A stretch of DNA of 64,000 nucleotides from an uncultured delta proteobacterium. GTDB taxonomy: Bacteria > Myxococcota_A > Polyangia > Fen-1088. Below are positions 1 through 11,606 of the stretch, one piece after another (the stretch's first letter is position 1; the number at the start of each line of letters is the position of its first letter). The position numbers were made by a program, and so were the translations under genes. The notes beneath the pieces are model-generated. The model had not been told where the DNA came from, made no database searches, and saw only the letters and a program-made list of their open reading frames with translations. The stretch lies in assembly GCA_963796685.1 (NCBI GenBank), contig CAWCMR010000025.1:736001-800000 (forward strand), in the 5' to 3' direction.

Positions 1-3000
1 GCCGGAACGAGACGGCCCATAGTACTGCTCGGCAATCCAGGATTCTCCCGTATACCTGCTCTTGCGGCGCGCAACGGACGCAACAACGACATGACCTGGC
101 ATCACAGGTACCTTCGCGTCCACCTCGCTGTTGGCTAGCCACGCCGCACGGGCCTCGGCTCGGTAGCGCTCTGGAAGTTCGACCTGCGGCACGCCCTTGG
201 GGCGAGGCTCAAATGGCACCGTGCAAATCCGAAGGGAGAACGCAGCCGCGTGGCAGAGCGCGTACGGGACACCCCCCAGGTCAATTGCATCAGCTGCCAC
301 CAGTTCCCCGATGACCTCACGAGTGGCTCTCCACGCTGCGTCCGTCATCAGCCTGCGAAACCTGCACTCCAAAGACAAGCTCCGCAGCCGGTGCTGCTGC
401 CGAAGGTTCGCGTCTCGCCCGAACAACGATGCACCACCCATATCCTGCATTCTCTGAGCAACGCGCATACGGATATTTGCGACACCTAGTCCACTTGCCT
501 TCGCAACAATCCCTATCGCCTCCTCCAAGTGCGACGTCCAATCCTCGACGTCGTCACCAAGTCCGTCGAGGCGGGGAGCCTCGTTCTGCGGCCATCCATC
601 AAACCGGTTCAATCGAGAACCCGACGGTATCTCCAAGTGATAAATTAGGGACAGCTCACCACGCTTCCTTTCAAGCTCCTTTGCCCACCTCGTAGCCAGC
701 ATTTCCGCAATTCGGCGGACAGCGAAGTCATCACAATTCCCCATTTCACCAAGGATGGCGATTATCGATTCCCGAATCGCAGCAACTTCACGACACTCCC
801 AGGCGATCTCCGCAGCCTGGATAGCACAGTGGCCACCAGCATGCCAAAGTCGTGGCAATAACGCCGCCACGACACCGACCCCATTCTGCATTCCCGACAG
901 CTCGACTGCGGCGACACGTGCCTGGTAGGCGAGGTCGTGCACCGTTGTTTGAAACGCTCTATAGAGTACGTCCGCGAGAATCGACTCTCCTCTTCCGTCG
1001 CTTTCCGTCACATCATCAACCTCCACTGCATCTTTGTACTCTCGGAACTCCCTCAAGAGATCCGCCAGAGACTCCCACGCATCGGCCCAAGTCGGTTTCG
1101 GCAGCAGAAGCTCAAGAATCTCGTCGAGAGCAGGGGGAAGATAGTCCATGTATCCTCGCCGCGCAGCGAGATCGTCGACGAAGCTGTCGAATGCCTCGCG
1201 GCGAGCATGGTGGCCATTCACCAGCACATTCAGCTTGTGGTAACGAAGCTTCGTGCTACCGAGCCAGCCTCCCCACCCACCTTCGTCTTTCGCCAGTTCT
1301 CGCAACCGAGCGACACAGTCTTCAGCATCAGCTCTTCGTCCCGCCCCAAACGCCATCTTTCCGATGGTCTCGGTCGCCCCTGCGTCACCATTGATCCGAT
1401 TGTACGCATCGAATACTCCCTTGGCTTTGTCGTAGTCACTTCGAACAGCGATCCGCTCAAACGCGTCTGCGGCGCGATAATGGTCCTTGTGCTCTGCGAG
1501 CTTGTTGACTAGCTCATCCAATGTCCGCACAAGGAAGAATGGATCCTCGGGGCTGCTTCCGGATCTCGGGGTAGGTAACTCGCTCTGCCACCGGATCAAG
1601 GCATCGCGTCCCATCAACAGGCCGCGGTCCGCAGCCGCTTTGACGACCTCTTCGAGAAACAAAATCTTATTGTCCAAGTGCGCGTCGGTCTCAATGCAAA
1701 GGATCGCGTGTTGGATAACGGACTTAAGCTGATTGTCCGAAGCACGACCAATAAGCTCGCGATAAATGCTCCCGGTGCGCTCGTTTCCGAAGGGAAGGCC
1801 CACCCTCCCGAAGACTACCCCAGCCGCTGCCACCAAATCTTGTCGGTTCGCCACGGCGCCCATCAGTGGTCCTTGAACCAACATATGCCAGTGCACCAGG
1901 CCAATCACCTCCACCAGATCGACCGCCCGTATCTCCCAGGCCGGGCCAGCTTTGGCCGCTTGCTCCAAGAACACCCGCGTTAGTCGCAAACCGGCGCCAT
2001 CCCCGCTGGTCTCTGCCATTCCTACGAGAATTCGGCCCAAGAAGCGTAGGCGTTCCGGCCGATGAGTTGGATCTTCGTCACATGCTCGCTGAAACAGATC
2101 CCGCCAGACGACATATTGAGGATCCTTCTTTGGTGCCCTGGCATAGCCCACAGCGTCTGCCTGGACATCGGTGAGAATTGCCCGAGCCCGTTCCTCAAGC
2201 CCAAATCCAGCCAGGGCAGACGCAGCACTCGCGGCTTCCGCAAATTCCGCAGGGGGATCTTTCCCCGCGCCCCGTCGGTAAGCGACCCGGGCCTCGGCTT
2301 TGGCAGCGTTTTGTTCGTGTTTGAAGGCCGCTGCAGCATAGGCGCGTCGAACGCGCAGTCGCGTGAGCCGGCGCGCTCCTTGAGCCAAGAGATTGTCGGT
2401 CGCGCTGGTCACTCGCCCGAAGATGTCGTCGCCGAACAAAGCAGCCGATTTGGTGATTAAGGCGACAACCTCATCCATAGTGTCGTCGATACCCATTCGG
2501 ACAAGGTCGTGGTCTCGCTCGCCCTCGGCCCGGTCCAGAAACGTGAGTGTAGAGAGGAGTTCTTCCACCACGTCCGTCGACGGTGTTCTTCCTGCTTTAC
2601 CCTCACCGACAAGACGTCCAACCACCTCAAGACGGGCTTGATACTTCGACAACAGATCAGAGTTCGGCTGTTCCCCGGAGGTGTGAGGCCATCCGAAAAG
2701 AGCTGCCATGGCGGCATGGTCCACGACCGCATGTACAGCGTCTCTGAGTTCGCTGCCGCCATAGGCCGACTCGAACCCCCGAAGAGTTGGAGGCGGCAGT
2801 CCGTCGAGGAATGAGGTCGCTAGATCTTTCCTGGAGACTCGGAGAGCGAGCCTCGCGAAACTCCGTCTGACCCAAGGCTTCAGACCGTTCAGCGACGCCA
2901 CTGACTCCAGGTGTCGGATCGCAGTTTCGCGACCATCAGGCACGTTCAACGCGGCCCAGCCTGCACGAAGCAGCAGGTCGTCCCGGTATCCAGGATCCAC

Positions 3001-5362
3001 TCCGAACTGTGCAATCAGAGCGTCAATTGGGGTCGTTGGCGAGCGACGAAGGTGCCCTGCAATCGCTTCAAATCTGAGGAAGCTCCGATAGCGCTCAATG
3101 TCGAATTCGGGTTCGTGTTCCGGAGCGGGCGCCCGCAGTCGTCCCAGGGCACTATCAAACGCCACTCGATCGCGAAAGATAAGGACTCGGTTTGCCCACT
3201 CAAGAAGAGCCTCGCCCTCGTCGCCCCGAAAAGGTACCGGCTTGTGCCCAAGAAGAATTTCGGTCGGCTCAGTCTCAGCGAATAGGCGGCCTGCTTCATC
3301 TAAGTCGCCGGTGGCGACGAGGGCATCGACCAGCATATAGCCCTTGGCTTCGCCGATATTGACGCCCTCTTTACGGGCCGCCCTAAGCAGATCAGACGCC
3401 CGGCCGAATTCCCCGATATCGACAGAGAGCCTCGAAGAATTCGTTGCCGTACGCCTCCAGGCGCATGCAGGTCTCATGTCGAGCCATCATCAAATTCAGG
3501 ACGAGTCGACAATCGCGCAGCCTCTTCGCAGAGAGGAAGGCCAGACAGATGTCCCTGTGTATCTCCGGCACAGATCGTCCCTCAACAAGTTGAGAGCTAA
3601 AGTGTGCACGTGTGGCGAGGGCCGCAACCCGCGCATCGTCGTGAGCCCGAGCTCGATAACGAAGCTCCATCCACCGTTGAGGGTCCTGCGGACCGGCGTG
3701 GCAGGCCATTTCCGCCAACTCAGCGTATCGGGAGTTGATACCTGCCTCGTCGGTGAGATCGTAGCGTAGGCCGGTCTTCTCTCGGAGGAACAGTCGGAAG
3801 CTGTTGTGGAAGATCGACCACGCGTGGTCTTTGTTCCTGTTCATCAGATGGCGTGCTGCGGACCAGGCGGCCTCGGTAGCTTGACGTCCGACCATTCGCT
3901 CAAGACTTGCCGTGGTGATGGCTCCTTCGACCAGCGCAAGATAGGCAAGCGCCCGCTGCGCATCAATGTTCGAGTCCAGTTCTCGCCAGGCCCGAGAATA
4001 GACTGCTTCAACATCGTCTCCGTATGCAGGCCCGCGACGAAGCCACTCCCGCCGCGCTGTCGAGGTGTTGGCTGCAAGCAAACCTCGGATGATATAGCGC
4101 GCGGACAAGGGGTGACCTGCGCAGCGTTCGTACAGCTCAACCCTATCGACGTCAGCTGGGACCCCACATGCTGCTGCCAACGAGTGAATTGCCTCGCGGG
4201 ATAGGGGCGAAATCGTGACACAACGGTCGGGCCTTGCAGCCTGCACCGCCACCTCTCCCGGCATATCCTCACCCAGGTCTAGCCTTTGCGTACTGAGCAA
4301 GAACACCACTCCCTCAGGGACAGCATGCGGCAGCGGCAGTTCACTAAGGAAGGAACGTATTGGGGTCTCCTCGCGAGGCACATGGTCGAGGCCATCTACA
4401 AGGATCACAGTTTTGCTGCCATCCTCCTTAAATCGTCTGCTGCATGCACGCAGGGCCCCCTCGAACTGCTCCCGCAATTCCCGCAGTTCAGTCCCAGGGA
4501 CCATTTCAATCGAGTGGCTCTGTTTCAGCTGCCTGATCACGTCAGAGAGAAAGTCAGATGCCTCCGCCCGCCCCAAGCCGTGCTCCTCGGTGGGCACGAA
4601 AGCGAGATACCTCACCAGAATAGTCTGCGGAACCTGAAACACTCCAGCTGCGAGTAGAGTTGACTTGCCGGAGCCCGGCGGCCCAATCAGGCTCGCGTAG
4701 CCAGAGGACACCGTCGCAAGTACCTTCTGCAGGACACGTTGAGTGGCGGAGTTCGCCTGAAACAGACCGTCGACTGGAAACTGCCCGCTGTGCCGAAGTA
4801 CGCTTGGGTCACGCCAACCCAGCTCCCTCAGCAGCTCCGATTTCGTCCAGCGATTCTTTTTGCCAGATTCTGCCACCAGGCGCGGTATGCAATTCGCAAT
4901 CTCTCGGATGCGCCGGACATCCCCGTCGCTGGGATCAAGAATTCCGAGAGTCCGTCCGTCCTGGCTAGTAACAAAATGCAAGTTGCGCCAGACAATCTCG
5001 AACTCACCGTCGGACAAGCCCGCGCCTACGAGCAGTTCATCAACCAGTGCCGCGTAGGGTGAACATCGCCAATCAGCAAGGTTCCACCGGAGCCGCTCGT
5101 CCGCAAGCACTTGCAGCAGTTGCGCAGAAGATACCCTCTGCGCGCCCCCGCCCACGTCGTCGTCTTCGCTGGGTGAGTCGTCACAGACGTAGACCGTCTC
5201 GATAGGAACGTTCTGGGGGAAGACGCCAAGGTCTCGACGCGAGTCAATGATCTTCCGCCAGAGCCCCTTCGCGCCCAGCAGTACTGTCTTGGCGTTGAAC
5301 GACCCTGGATCTCGCGTCGTCTTCACCTGGTAGGCAATCACCTTGCCGTGCAGCCCTAGGAC
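1..5362 (-). pseudogene. Giant STAND/NACHT-type NTPase (Avs/NLR-like antiphage candidate): PD-(D/E)xK nuclease remnant + P-loop ATPase + long helical C-terminus; 5' end removed by IS4; one frameshift at ~3424; runs off window start
   Basis: ORF 3392-5383 has Walker A GPPGSGKST, Walker B ILVDGLDH and N-terminal VLG..IAYQVK. My manual translation of the shifted frame (VDIGEFGRASDLL...) is open from ~3423 to position 1. It is absent from the ORF track, presumably because it has no stop in the window. Confidence 0.8.
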
Positions 5363-6820
5363 CAATGCCAGTCGGTTAAGCATTTGAAGGCCGTTTTCTC
5401 GGGAAATTGCTCATTTTGATCTTCACGGCCCGTGGATATCTGCGGGCCGTGCGCCGCTCTGGGAGAACAAGGCTGGTGAAGAGCTCTCGCATGGTCTTGA
5501 GGCGAGTAGGCAAAGCGCCGGGCGAGGCGAGCGCACACCATGACCAGGTGTCACAGATGATCCGAAGTGACGTGACGAAGCTGATGCGCGTGGGCTCGAC
5601 GCCGAAATCGTCGGCAGTCCTTTCCATTTCGAGGCGAATCAAGTTGTACGCGAGAAGAATGCCCCACAATTCCTGCTCGACGCCAGCGACGCTGCGGCAG
5701 CGGATGCTTTCGAGACGGTCGAGCATATCGGTCTTGATTTCGCCATAGCCCAGTTCCAGCTCCCAGCGCTCGTGATAAAGGCGGGCGACCTCGGCAGCGG
5801 GGAAGGCGTCGGGGTCGAGCATCGAGGTGAGCACGATCTGAGGACGGAATCCCTTCACCTGGTAGGTGATCGCACGTGCCAGATAGGTCGCTGGCAAACT
5901 TGGGTCCTGCTTTCGCGCCTCGCGCGAAACCGTCAACTCGACCAGGTCGTCGTTCTTCCCGAGGTGCTCCACGACGCGCCATTTTGTGGTCGACTTGGCG
6001 CGAGTCAGCCAATGGCGATTCTTTCCATCGCGGGCCAGCGGCACCAGGATTCCGGCTGCCAGGAAGCCGCGGTCGACCATCACCAGCGCATTGTCCGGCA
6101 CGGCTCGCCACAGAAACGCGCTCAGCGTGATTTCACTGTCTTCGTAGGGGCCGAATTCGGCGGCCACCAGAATGTGCGAACGCAACGCCATCAACGCGGC
6201 GATTCGAACCAGCGGATAGCCACTGTCGCCTCGGTCGCCTCGGGTTCCACCGAAATGAGCGCGATTTTCCGGAGAGTCTGCCACGCGAAGCGTGGACCCA
6301 TCCACACCGTAGAGCGCCAGGCCTCTCCATGCGTGCTTGCGCGCGCTCTCGTGGCCCCACTTCTGAGCGCTCATCTCGAAGATCCGTTCCAGCGGCTCGG
6401 CACCAACGCGCGCCCGAGCCTCAGCGACCGTGCTGGGAACAACCGTTGCTCGTGGTCCAGGCAGAACCAAATTCAGCTTCCCAACCAAGTCCGCAATAGG
6501 CCACTTCCGAAACATGGCCATTCCAATCACCAGCCACACCACCTGGTCGGCTGGAAGCCGTCGCTTTCGCACCGTGGCTGTTCCAGTCGCCGCCAGAGCC
6601 TCGGCCACCCACGCAGGGTCAATGTGCTGCCTGATGCTCTCGAACTGCTCGGGCGCCGTGAATACGCTTACCGTCTTGAGGGAACTATCCAGATGCATGA
6701 CCTTCTCCATCGAAGATCGATGCATGGTGACTTCGCTTCTTGCCTAAAGGCAAGAAGCGAAGTTATCCACAGGAATTCCTGATCAATTTCGATCACTTAC
6801 GCGCTAACCGATCGGCATTG
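5363..6820 (-). mobile_element. IS4-family insertion sequence, copy 1 (1458 bp)
   Basis: Imperfect terminal inverted repeats CAATGCCAGTCGGTTAAGC / CAATGCCGATCGGTTAGCG; near-identical inverted copy at 32685-34142. Confidence 0.95.
5376..6725 (-). CDS. IS4-family DDE transposase
   Basis: 449 aa; RKRRLPA..VVWLVI N-terminal motif, VDGS, VDRGF and YHERWELE (YREK-type) motifs. Confidence 0.95.
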   Translation of the reverse strand: MHRSSMEKVMHLDSSLKTVSVFTAPEQFESIRQHIDPAWVAEALAATGTATVRKRRLPADQVVWLVIGMAMFRKWPIADLVGKLNLVLPGPRATVVPSTVAEARARVGAEPLERIFEMSAQKWGHESARKHAWRGLALYGVDGSTLRVADSPENRAHFGGTRGDRGDSGYPLVRIAALMALRSHILVAAEFGPYEDSEITLSAFLWRAVPDNALVMVDRGFLAAGILVPLARDGKNRHWLTRAKSTTKWRVVEHLGKNDDLVELTVSREARKQDPSLPATYLARAITYQVKGFRPQIVLTSMLDPDAFPAAEVARLYHERWELELGYGEIKTDMLDRLESIRCRSVAGVEQELWGILLAYNLIRLEMERTADDFGVEPTRISFVTSLRIICDTWSWCALASPGALPTRLKTMRELFTSLVLPERRTARRYPRAVKIKMSNFPRKRPSNA

Positions 6821-8622
6821 TCCTTAGCCCCGAGGAGCTGGCAGATCTGGAAGACGGCGGCGAGGTCAGCGCGGAAGACATCCTGGCGGCGCAAATGTCG
6901 GCGCGCGCGAACGAGTCCGGGATTACCTACGTCGCCTTCACGGCCACGCCCAAGGTGAAGACCATGGAGCTGTTCGGTACGCGCCCAGACCCCACGCGGC
7001 CGGCTGGTCCGGGCAACCTGCCCACGCCTTTTCACGTGTACTCGATGAGGCAGGCTATCGAGGAAAAGTTCATCCTCGATGTCCTTCAAAACTACACGCC
7101 GTACCGCCTGGCCTTCAGGTTGGCACACGAGGGTAAGGACTACGACGAGACCACGGTCGAGCGCAGCGCTGCCGTGAAGAGCATCATGGGCTGGGTCCGG
7201 CTGCATCCGTACAACATCGCGCAGAAGGTGCAGGTCGTGGTCGAGCACTTCCGGACCTTCGTGGCACCGCTGCTGAATGGCAAGGCCAAGGCCATGGTGG
7301 TGGTGGGCAGCCGCATCGAGGCCGTGCGCTGGAAGCTGGCCATCGAAAAGTACATCAAGGCGTGCGGGTATACGATTGGCACCCTGGTGGCTTTCTCGGG
7401 CGAGGTGAACGACAAGGAATCCGGCCCTGATCCCTTCACGGAAACCAGCCGCGACTTGAACCCCCGCCTGAATGGCCGCGAGATCCGCAAAGCCTTCGAG
7501 GGCGACGAATACCAAATCCTGCTGGTGGCGAACAAGTTCCAGACCGGCTTCGACCAGCCCCTGCTGTGTGGCATGTACGTGGACCGGCGTCTGGCCGGCA
7601 TCCAGGCCGTGCAGACGCTGTCCCGCTTGAATCGCGCCTATCCCGACAAGACAACCTACGTGGTGGATTTCGTGAACGACCCCGAGGAAGTCCTTGCGGC
7701 CTTCAAGACCTACCACGCGACGGCGGAGCTGTCGGCGGCCACCGACCCGAACATCGTCTATGACCTGCGCGCCAAGCTGGACGCCGCCGGCCACTACGAC
7801 GACTTCGAGGTGGATCGCGTGGTGGCGGTGGAGCTGAAGCCGGACGCGACCCAGGGCGAGCTGCTGAAGGCGCTGGAGCCGGTCGTCGACCGACTGATGA
7901 AGCGCTACAAGGCCGCGCAAGAGGCGCTACGGGCAGCCAGAGACCGCAAGGACGAATCCGCCGCCAAGGCCGCCCGCGACGAGCAGGCCTCGCTGACCCT
8001 GTTCAAGACCGACATGGGAGCGTTCGTGCGTCTGTACACGTTCCTGTCCCAGATTTTCAACTACGGCAACACGGCCATCGAGAAGCGCGCCATCTTCTAC
8101 AAGCGCCTGATACCCCTGCTGGAATTCGGCCGCGAGCGCGAGGGCATCGACCTATCGAAGGTGGTGCTGACCCACCACCACCTGCGCGATCTCGGCAAGC
8201 GCACGCTGCCCTTGCAGGTCGGCGACAAGCCCTTGCTCGACCCCATCAAGGAATCGGGCAGCGGCATGGTGCAAGAACCCCAGAAGGTCTACATGGCCGA
8301 GGTCATCGCCAAGCTGAACGAGGTGTTCGGTGATGACACCAGCATCGACGACCAACTGGTCTACGTGAATCACGTGCTCATGGGGAAGCTGATGGAATCG
8401 GAAACCCTGCGGCAGCAAGCGACGAGCAACACCAAGGAACAGTTCGGCAATTCCCCGGACCTGAACAGCGAGCTGATGAACGCCGTGATGGACGCGCAGG
8501 AAGCGCACACCACCATGAGCACCAAGGTGCTGAATTCGGCAGCGGTGCTGGCGGGAATCAAGGATATCCTGCTCAACCATTCGCGCCTTTGGGAAGCCTT
8601 GCGCGGGCAACAGAACCCATGA
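6821..8622 (+). pseudogene. hsdR: Type I restriction enzyme subunit R, C-terminal half
   Basis: Motifs FTATPK, VANKFQTGFDQP and VQTLSRLNR; the frame begins at the IS edge (..LSPEELADLEDG) and continues the N-half at 34143-35467. Confidence 0.93.
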
Positions 8623-9578
8623 AGCGCGCTACGGTGGCAGTCGTCGTTGGCTTCCTGCTCGCCCTTTCCGGGCTCTTCCTGCTCGCGTTTTTCCCACTGC
8701 GGGATCCCTACGTCTGGGGATATTGGCAGGAGCACGGCCAGGTATTCTCGCAAGAGGTCCTGGTCGAGAAGATCGAAGAGGCGTCTCCGGCTGAAGCGGA
8801 GCGCTTCATTTCCGAGGTATGTGACGAGCCCGTGCGGTTTCGCCAGGGCGACGAAACCATCCAGACGATGGTGTGGCCCGACCCAACCCTTGTCCGCCAC
8901 TTTTTCTTGAGAAGCCCCTTTGCCGGCGTCGTCTGGGTGACGGTCATTTCGCCCCAATACGCATGCTCTGCCCGGTTTCGCGTCACGCTCAAGTGGCACC
9001 GCTGCAGCAACAAGGAGTTGGATAGCGAGCACACACTGGCCAGCGAGGGCGAGGACGAACCGACAAACAAGATCATTTGCACGGCGGGCGATCTGCGCAT
9101 GACGGACATTCGTCTGTTGGCTCGCGAGCGCAGGCGATCCGATGCGCCCCCCGGCATGCAGCCGCTGATGTTGGGTGAGCGCGTGCTCGGGAAACTCTCC
9201 TCCGGAGAGTCTGCCAGGTTTCGCGCCATCGCCCCGGATGTGGGGCAGAACGTCGTGATCGATGCGCACGCGGTGGGGTTTACGTATCCGCCACCCGCCG
9301 ACGAGCTCTCCGACAGGGTCACGTTTTCCGTGGAACGGAACGGCCAACGCATCGATCTGAATGGCCCTCCTGGCAAGGTCGATCCGGCCCTGCTTCCCGG
9401 CGCTGCTTTCGCCCAAGGTGGAGGAACGTTCGACATCACCGTGCACGGCCCGAAGCATGGGACCGGCAGCTACTGCCTCGTCGTGACCTGGAATGCGAGC
9501 CTGGGGACACCTTCCTGCGCCATCGTGGACTTGAACATGAGGGCGGGCGCGTCCATCCCCGGCATTCCCACGCGATGA
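8619..9578 (+). CDS. Hypothetical protein with N-terminal transmembrane/signal segment
   Basis: ATGA overlap with the hsdR stop; hydrophobic N-terminus VAVVVGFLLALSGLFLLAFF; beta-rich C-terminus. Confidence 0.7.
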   Translation: MKRATVAVVVGFLLALSGLFLLAFFPLRDPYVWGYWQEHGQVFSQEVLVEKIEEASPAEAERFISEVCDEPVRFRQGDETIQTMVWPDPTLVRHFFLRSPFAGVVWVTVISPQYACSARFRVTLKWHRCSNKELDSEHTLASEGEDEPTNKIICTAGDLRMTDIRLLARERRRSDAPPGMQPLMLGERVLGKLSSGESARFRAIAPDVGQNVVIDAHAVGFTYPPPADELSDRVTFSVERNGQRIDLNGPPGKVDPALLPGAAFAQGGGTFDITVHGPKHGTGSYCLVVTWNASLGTPSCAIVDLNMRAGASIPGIPTR

Positions 9579-9580
9579 GG

Positions 9581-10126
9581 CTACGACTCGTCGGCCGCCG
9601 CCGGTTTCAGCAATTTGGCTTGGCGACGGGCGACGATGCACAGCAGGACGACCGGGACCGGGGCGACCACCAGGGTAATCGGTACGGCCGTCATCAGGAC
9701 CAAGACAGAAGCTCCTGCGGAATCGGCTCCGCCTTCGGCGATGCTTCCCAGCGCTTCACCGAACCACGCGAACCTGACCGTGACCAGTACCGCCACCGTT
9801 AGAACGGACGGCAAGGACAGGACCCAAGCAGCGAGCGTAGCCAGGAATACCAACCATCCCGACCGCCCCCGGGTGCTCGCCACGAGCCCAACCTGCGCCG
9901 CGATGGTGAGGACGGCGCTACCCATGCAAGTCACGAGGCCCAGCCACCAACCGGTACGCGCGACCGGCCAATACACCAGGTTGAACACCGGGCATAGTGC
10001 CGCGGTGGCCAGGCCGACGTACAGTCCCAGTGTCGCCCTCTGGAGCCTGGTGGATTCTGCACCTGGCTCGGCTGTTCTTGGCTCCCCCGCCGGCGCATCG
10101 CTGTCGCCATGAACCTGTGACGTCAT
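9581..10126 (-). CDS. Hypothetical integral membrane protein (~4 TM)
   Basis: Hydrophobic segments; TACATT 7 nt upstream of ATG 10126. Confidence 0.65.
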   Translation of the reverse strand: MTSQVHGDSDAPAGEPRTAEPGAESTRLQRATLGLYVGLATAALCPVFNLVYWPVARTGWWLGLVTCMGSAVLTIAAQVGLVASTRGRSGWLVFLATLAAWVLSLPSVLTVAVLVTVRFAWFGEALGSIAEGGADSAGASVLVLMTAVPITLVVAPVPVVLLCIVARRQAKLLKPAAADES

Positions 10127-10179
10127 GGTCGCGAATGTACCCCACGATGGTACCGTCATCCGTGGCAAACTGGGGGGCG

Positions 10180-11049
10180 ATGTTCCCCGCGCGACCACCC
10201 TTTCACCACCTCATCGGCCGTCATGCCACGCTGGAGATCCGGCGCTTCGGCAGCCCGGGCGCCTTTCTCGCCGAGAGGGGCGCCGCCTCGGACGCCGACG
10301 TGCTCTTGCTGCTTGGCCCGGAGATCCCGCCCGGTGCGCGCGAGGGCGACGAGGTGGCCGTGTTCGTGACCTTGGACTCCGAGGCGCGCCCGCTGGCCAC
10401 CACCAAGACGCCCAAGCTGGCGCTGGGCGAGGTCGCCTTTCTCACCGTGACCGCGTGCACGGATTTCGGCGCCTTCGTGGACTGGGGAATGCCCAAGGAA
10501 TTGCTCGTGCCCTTCGCCCAGCAGACGAAGGATCTGCGGGTGGGGGACGCGCATCCCATTGGCCTGTACCTGGACAACACCAGTCGCCTGGCGGGAACCA
10601 TGCGCATAAGCGAGCTGCTCGGCGTGGGAAGCCGCGAATTCGCGCGCGGCGAGTGGGTCGAGGGCGAGGTCTGGCGCCAGGATCCCGAGATCGGGCTGTT
10701 CGTCATCGTCGAGCGCGGCTTCGTGGGCCTGGTGCCGAAGCACGAACCGCAGACGCTCGCGCGCGGGCAAGCGGCGCGTTTTCGCGTGACCCATGTCCAC
10801 CCCGACGGCAAGATCGAGCTGTCGCCGCGCGGCCGTGCCCACGAAGAGCTGGAGAGCGACGGCGAGAAGATTCTGCAACTGCTCAAGCGACCGGGCGCAC
10901 CCAAGCTGGGCGACAAGTCCGACCCCGAGCAGATCCGCGCCCTGTTCGGCCTGAGCAAGAAGGCCTTCAAGCGCGCCGTGGGAAGACTCTTGCGCGAACG
11001 CCTGGTCGACGTCGACGAACAGGGTTTCGTGCGCGTGCTGTCCGGTTAG
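10180..11049 (+). CDS. cvfB: CvfB/YitL-family S1 RNA-binding protein
   Basis: FGAFVDWGMPKELLVP and DKSDPEQIRALFGLSKKAFKRAVGRL motifs. Confidence 0.9.
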   Translation: MFPARPPFHHLIGRHATLEIRRFGSPGAFLAERGAASDADVLLLLGPEIPPGAREGDEVAVFVTLDSEARPLATTKTPKLALGEVAFLTVTACTDFGAFVDWGMPKELLVPFAQQTKDLRVGDAHPIGLYLDNTSRLAGTMRISELLGVGSREFARGEWVEGEVWRQDPEIGLFVIVERGFVGLVPKHEPQTLARGQAARFRVTHVHPDGKIELSPRGRAHEELESDGEKILQLLKRPGAPKLGDKSDPEQIRALFGLSKKAFKRAVGRLLRERLVDVDEQGFVRVLSG

Positions 11050-11060
11050 AATATCGAGGC

Positions 11061-11606
11061 ATGTGGAGGAAGCGCATCGCCAGCACCTTGAGCCTGGGCG
11101 CCTTGGTGTGGGCCATGACCGTCCTGGTCGCCATCGTGACCACGGTCGGCGCCGCACGCTTGGGGAAGGGGTGGGGGAGCGCAGCGTTCGCCATGGCCCT
11201 CGCCGTCGCGTGCACGCTCGTGCCGTGGATGAGGGCCCGGGTGGTGCGCGCGGTGGCGACACGGCGCGATCGCATCGACGGCCGGCTGACCATAGACGGC
11301 TGGGGCGTCACCCGCGCGGCGGGGGAGCGCCGCGCGGCGGTGGCCTGGAAGGATCTCGTGTCGGTTCGCATCCGCACCACCAGCGACGGCCCGGCCGCCG
11401 AGGACATGTTCTTCGTGCTCGACGGCGCCGACGGCCCGGCCTGCGTCGTTCCCAACCGCCTCGCCGTGGCGTCGCGACTGCTGACGGCGCTGCAAGAGCG
11501 CCTGCCCGATCTCGACAACAAGGAAGTCGCCCGTGCCGCCGGGGTTTGCACCGAGGCCTGGTTCACGATTTGGACGCGCCCACCTCGATGCCCACCAGAC
11601 GCATGA
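11061..11606 (+). CDS. Hypothetical membrane protein
   Basis: Two TM segments followed by a soluble domain (TTSDGPAAEDMFFVL); TAGAAT upstream of ATG. Confidence 0.65.
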   Translation: MWRKRIASTLSLGALVWAMTVLVAIVTTVGAARLGKGWGSAAFAMALAVACTLVPWMRARVVRAVATRRDRIDGRLTIDGWGVTRAAGERRAAVAWKDLVSVRIRTTSDGPAAEDMFFVLDGADGPACVVPNRLAVASRLLTALQERLPDLDNKEVARAAGVCTEAWFTIWTRPPRCPPDA

